DNA of 64,000 nt, taken from Selaginella moellendorffii. Lineage: Eukaryota > Plantae > Lycopodiophyta. Below are positions 60,431 through 64,000 of this stretch, piece after piece. Numbering within the stretch: position 1 is the stretch's first letter; every line of letters begins with the position of its first letter. The stretch spans positions 248,001 to 312,000 of the forward strand of contig NW_003314334.1 in NCBI RefSeq assembly GCF_000143415.4, given 5' to 3'. Both the position numbers and the translations under genes were made by a program. The notes under the pieces were generated by a model, which saw nothing but the letters and a program-made list of their open reading frames with translations, did no database searches and had not been told where the DNA came from.

Positions 60431-62786
60431 CTTTGTTGAGTATCCTCTGAAATTTAATTCTTATAATTTCTATTATTTTATTTTAATAAGATAGCTTGGT
60501 GTTTTGGCTGATCGAGAGAGAATGCAGTTTCATCGAAAGTGGTAGGAATCCAGCAATGCGACATTGGCCGATGCGCCTTGGCTTAGAACCGATATGAGCA
60601 AGAAATATGGCTGTGCATTGTTGTGAGGTTAAGCATCGATCGGTCTTTAACCGGTTTAGCGTGATACGTCTGGAAAAGAGCCCCTTGCGTCATGTTCAAC
60701 AAAGAAGAGATGGTTAACGAACAAAGGCTAAACTCTTTTTTTTAATCTTCCCTTTGCTTAATAAGAATACGTATTTTTATACTGTCATTTTAAACATCGT
60801 ATGTACATAATCATAAGGCGGCGGCGGCGGTGGTGGTGGTGGTGGTGCCTCCGGGTAATCCAGTAGCTTCTCCAGCCGTAGCACTACGTCGCAGTGGTAA
60901 GGCAGCACTGGATGCCAGTGGAGATACATGGGACTGATGGTCAGCCACGAGAGGCCATAAAACTCCGCTCCAAGTTGCTCTAGAACGTAGCGGATTTGCA
61001 GCTTGATGCCGCTGCTGCTCCCTGGCTTCCCTGTGCCCACACTGCTGCTGCTAGTGTTGCTGCTACTACCGGCGTTGTCACACAAGCCATTCCCACCCAG
61101 ACGCATCCCTTGCATCTCCTGTCTCGAGCCTTGGAGGAGCCGAAGTGTGCTACGAGACCGTTCTGGAGCGTCCTCGGCCATTCCTCCTCCATGGAAACAT
61201 GAACAACCTCGGCTCGTAGAGCTGTGGTCGGGCCGGAGATGACGTAGCCGGATGCAACGGGAGAGATGGAGCCTCTGCTCTGTATCCACTGTCCAAATGC
61301 CGTGGCGTTGGCTACGGACCATGTCGAAGCCGCTGGAATAAAGTATCAGTCAGCGAATACTTAAATACGAAAAAAACTTCTAGCTTACCAGTTGATTCGG
61401 TCAGGCTCAGCCCCTGCAATAACTCGTCACCAGACACCGTCGCCAAGGTTACACCGGCCAGCTTCCCAGCATGAAAGTTGATCTCCGGCTTTGGGAGTAA
61501 ACCACGCAAAACAAAAGAGGACGAGGAACGAATCACCATGGGCCATGCTCTGAATTCGTCCAGCCAGTGAGGTTGTGTCTTGCTGGGAACTTGTAAAACT
61601 CGCGACGATCTGGAGAGAGGGCTTTGGATTCACCGTCAGAGGCGATGTAACGTTCCAAACACTAAACGTTTGCAAACATTTAAAAAGCTCGTTCTCTCGT
61701 GGCTGGCAGGACATATTTCAGATCACATGTACAGGCCAAAGCAATGCCAACGACAATTGCTATTTTGTTGTAGCCATGGTTTATGGACAGTGCCAAGTAC
61801 GACATTGGTCCCATTACAGCTACTGTGTTTGGAGGAAATGGCTCACTGTGTTGACATTTTCAGTGAAGGTGCATATGGATTTGGATTTGATAGATATTCA
61901 CAAACCAACTATTCCAGCTTGCAGGGATTAGGAACTCTCTAACTGCTTCCAGCTTGTTCAGCTCTCCTGAGATTCGGCAGATATTAGTCACCTACAAGGC
62001 AGCATTCCTCAGCTTTCCGAGCATACTTCTGTTAAACTCCAACAGACTGGGAGGCCATCTTCTCGGGTGAGCCTTCCAAAAAATTTCAGCTCCAATGCGA
62101 CCAACAACAGGTTTGAAGGCAGTGTTTCATCAAGGAACTTTAGCAGCAACCAGACAAGTTGTCTGGGAAGCTACCAACTCAATGTGAACCACTGTACCAA
62201 CACCAATAAGAGAATTGAAGAAACTCTTTGCGTCGAATCCTTGTTATTGATCATGATTGGGTTCAATGGTTGACTCTTCCCGGGCATATATCACCTCCAT
62301 GGCCTGGTTCAATTAAAGTTTGCATTGTTAGTGCAAAATGGTCCCGGGATCCAAACTTTCAGCCAGCTGGAGGGATGGATGCTGCCATTTACTCTATTTT
62401 ATGAGCTCTCAACACAGGAGTGATCCAGCTTTCCCTTTACCTAAGAGCAAAAAATCGATCGGGGTAGCACACCTGGTACAAGGGTTGCAAGTGGCATATA
62501 TGTTTTCAATACAGACAATATATGTGACACAGAAAATGAATAAAAAATCAAAATGGTCGAGACGAGCATTTTTCCAAAATAAATTTATGCAACTTGTTAC
62601 CCTGCACCCTTGCAACCGTGCCTTATCGTTTTTTAGGCCTAGGCTCTCCAGCTTCGGTCCGCTCATTCTATCAAGGGCTGCAGTCTCTACGTTTGCAACA
62701 CTGGAGCTGATATTTGTTTTTGTGCTGAGACTGGGCATTGTTCCCGCATTTTACCGGTGAATCTTCGCAAAGCAAGCCACTATCTA

Positions 62787-62834
62787 ATGCCAAAGGACAT
62801 TCAGCTCGCCCGTCGCATCCGTGGTGAGAGGGCT
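62787..62834 (+). pseudogene. Histone H3 C-terminal fragment (uninterrupted allele)
   Basis: Encodes MPKDIQLARRIRGERA, the canonical H3 C-terminus; the rest of the gene is absent. Confidence 0.85.
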
Positions 62835-62957
62835 TATCTTATCGCATTGAGATATCCATTGTGTGGTGGCGAACTGCTAACAAGTACACACGTTTTGAAC
62901 ATTTCTAAAGCACCAATGCTGGACTTCGAAAGCCCATCAGATCTGCAATAGAGAAGT

Positions 62958-63801
62958 ATGGCTGGAAGCGGCAATCTCCCCGTGCTCGTTCTTCTTCTGT
63001 TGGCCTCGTTATCCTGTGAGAGAGATCTCCACTTATATGTTACAGTCGATTCTAACTCGGACTCCTGTTCTTGCAGCTGCTCAAGGTGGCGTCGTCGAGG
63101 TTTGCTATGGTGACCTCACCTATACCGATTGCAGCAACTGCTGTAGTCTGAAGAAAGGTTGTGTCTACCTGCAACCTGGTTCAGGACAAGTCACTTGCAT
63201 TGGCGGTGATTCAAGGGCTTGTACCCTGGAGTGCCAAGGTCCGAAGTTGGCCGTATGCCCATTGCCTTCATCAGGATTCCCAACATCAGGCATCAAGGTG
63301 CTCAAGGGAAAACTCCCACCCCGACAACCTGGATGCAGTTACTACAACATCGTTAACGGTGACCCCATCCCGCGGCTGGAGCAGCAGGGCACAGATCAAG
63401 GTAACCGCCTTGTTCATTATGTTCAGGAAGCTCAGGCCTCTCCGATAGAACTCATGGCAGGAAGGAAGTGTAAGCTTGATTCGATTGTGGAGGTCTGCAA
63501 TGCCGAGGTCTCCAAAGATAATTGTGGTTGCTGCTTCGGGAAATCCGGTTGCATCTACTTGGAGAATCCATCCGCAAACAGCACCTGCCTGCCTACTGAA
63601 GACCCCATGGGGGTTTGCCCCCTCGTTTGCGTGCCCACAGTGTCCATTTGTACCAAGTCTGTAACTTTTCAGGGCACCACCCTGCAGTCTTGCAGGAATG
63701 CACGCCGCAGCTGCGAGGACATGAAAGAGGGCTGCAGTCTCTACGATCGCAACACTGGAGCTGATCTCTGCGCTGCAGGGGGTATCGCACTGCCTGTCTA
63801 G
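62958..63801 (+). CDS. Pin-II-like inhibitor gene (copy 5, P1 Leu); exons 62958-63015 and 63077-63801
   Basis: 61-nt phase-1 intron in the signal peptide; ACTLEC and VCPLVC reactive-loop-like motifs. Confidence 0.8.
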
Positions 63802-64000
63802 TCTAGTTGCTGAAACTAGTTATGGGCATTACTATTATGAATGAATAAGAAATGTCCCTCCTTGGAGGGGCCGGTGCCAATGTCCGAAGTTACTCGCCAT
63901 GCAATTTGTGATGGAGTGTAGGAGAAATATTGTATCTTCCTCTGGATCGATAGGAAAGTAGAGCAGGTCCTTGAAGAAGCCGATTCCTTGAGGCTTGGGC

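Larger units (their letters stand above)
44497..64000 (-). repeat. Inverted arm of the segmental duplication (copies C and D of the host cassette)
   Basis: Reverse-complement copies of ORFs found in 14765-36412. Copy D (~60430 onward) is more diverged. Confidence 0.9.

Noticed and set aside
62757-62951. Functional histone H3 gene
   Set aside because: Only the last ~16-20 codons match; the histone fold and native stop are absent

Overview
Eukaryotic, repeat-rich plant DNA. The ~45-60 nt GT-AG introns, PLS-type PPR style and gene set suggest a compact lycophyte genome such as Selaginella; this is an inference. (1) 1-14650 is a head-to-tail array (period ~6.12 kb) of a non-coding LTR retroelement whose copies share LTRs; it has two assembly gaps with cloning-vector remnants. 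(2) 14765-36412 and 44497-64000 hold four partial copies of one host segment, two forward and two inverted. The segment carries a GDSL lipase pseudogene, a PPR pseudogene head-to-head with PRMT7, a multi-domain potato type II (Pin-II/I20)-like protease inhibitor gene, a histone H3 fragment and LRR remnants. One copy also has an F-box-like remnant and a frameshifted membrane-protein gene. (3) The spacer of this large inverted repeat (36413-44496) is a tandem 1.5-copy chromodomain Ty3/gypsy element with a TRIM nested in its LTR. (4) An intact L1/Tx1-type LINE with a 17-bp TSD sits at 46605-54328. The most striking signal is that the gypsy integrase is interrupted by two short frame-breaking GT-AG introns, present in both copies. 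One lies just before the catalytic Glu, so an LTR retrotransposon would need splicing to make integrase yet must reverse-transcribe unspliced RNA. Also notable is a single-base Arg/Leu swap at the predicted P1 reactive site among the Pin-II paralogs.
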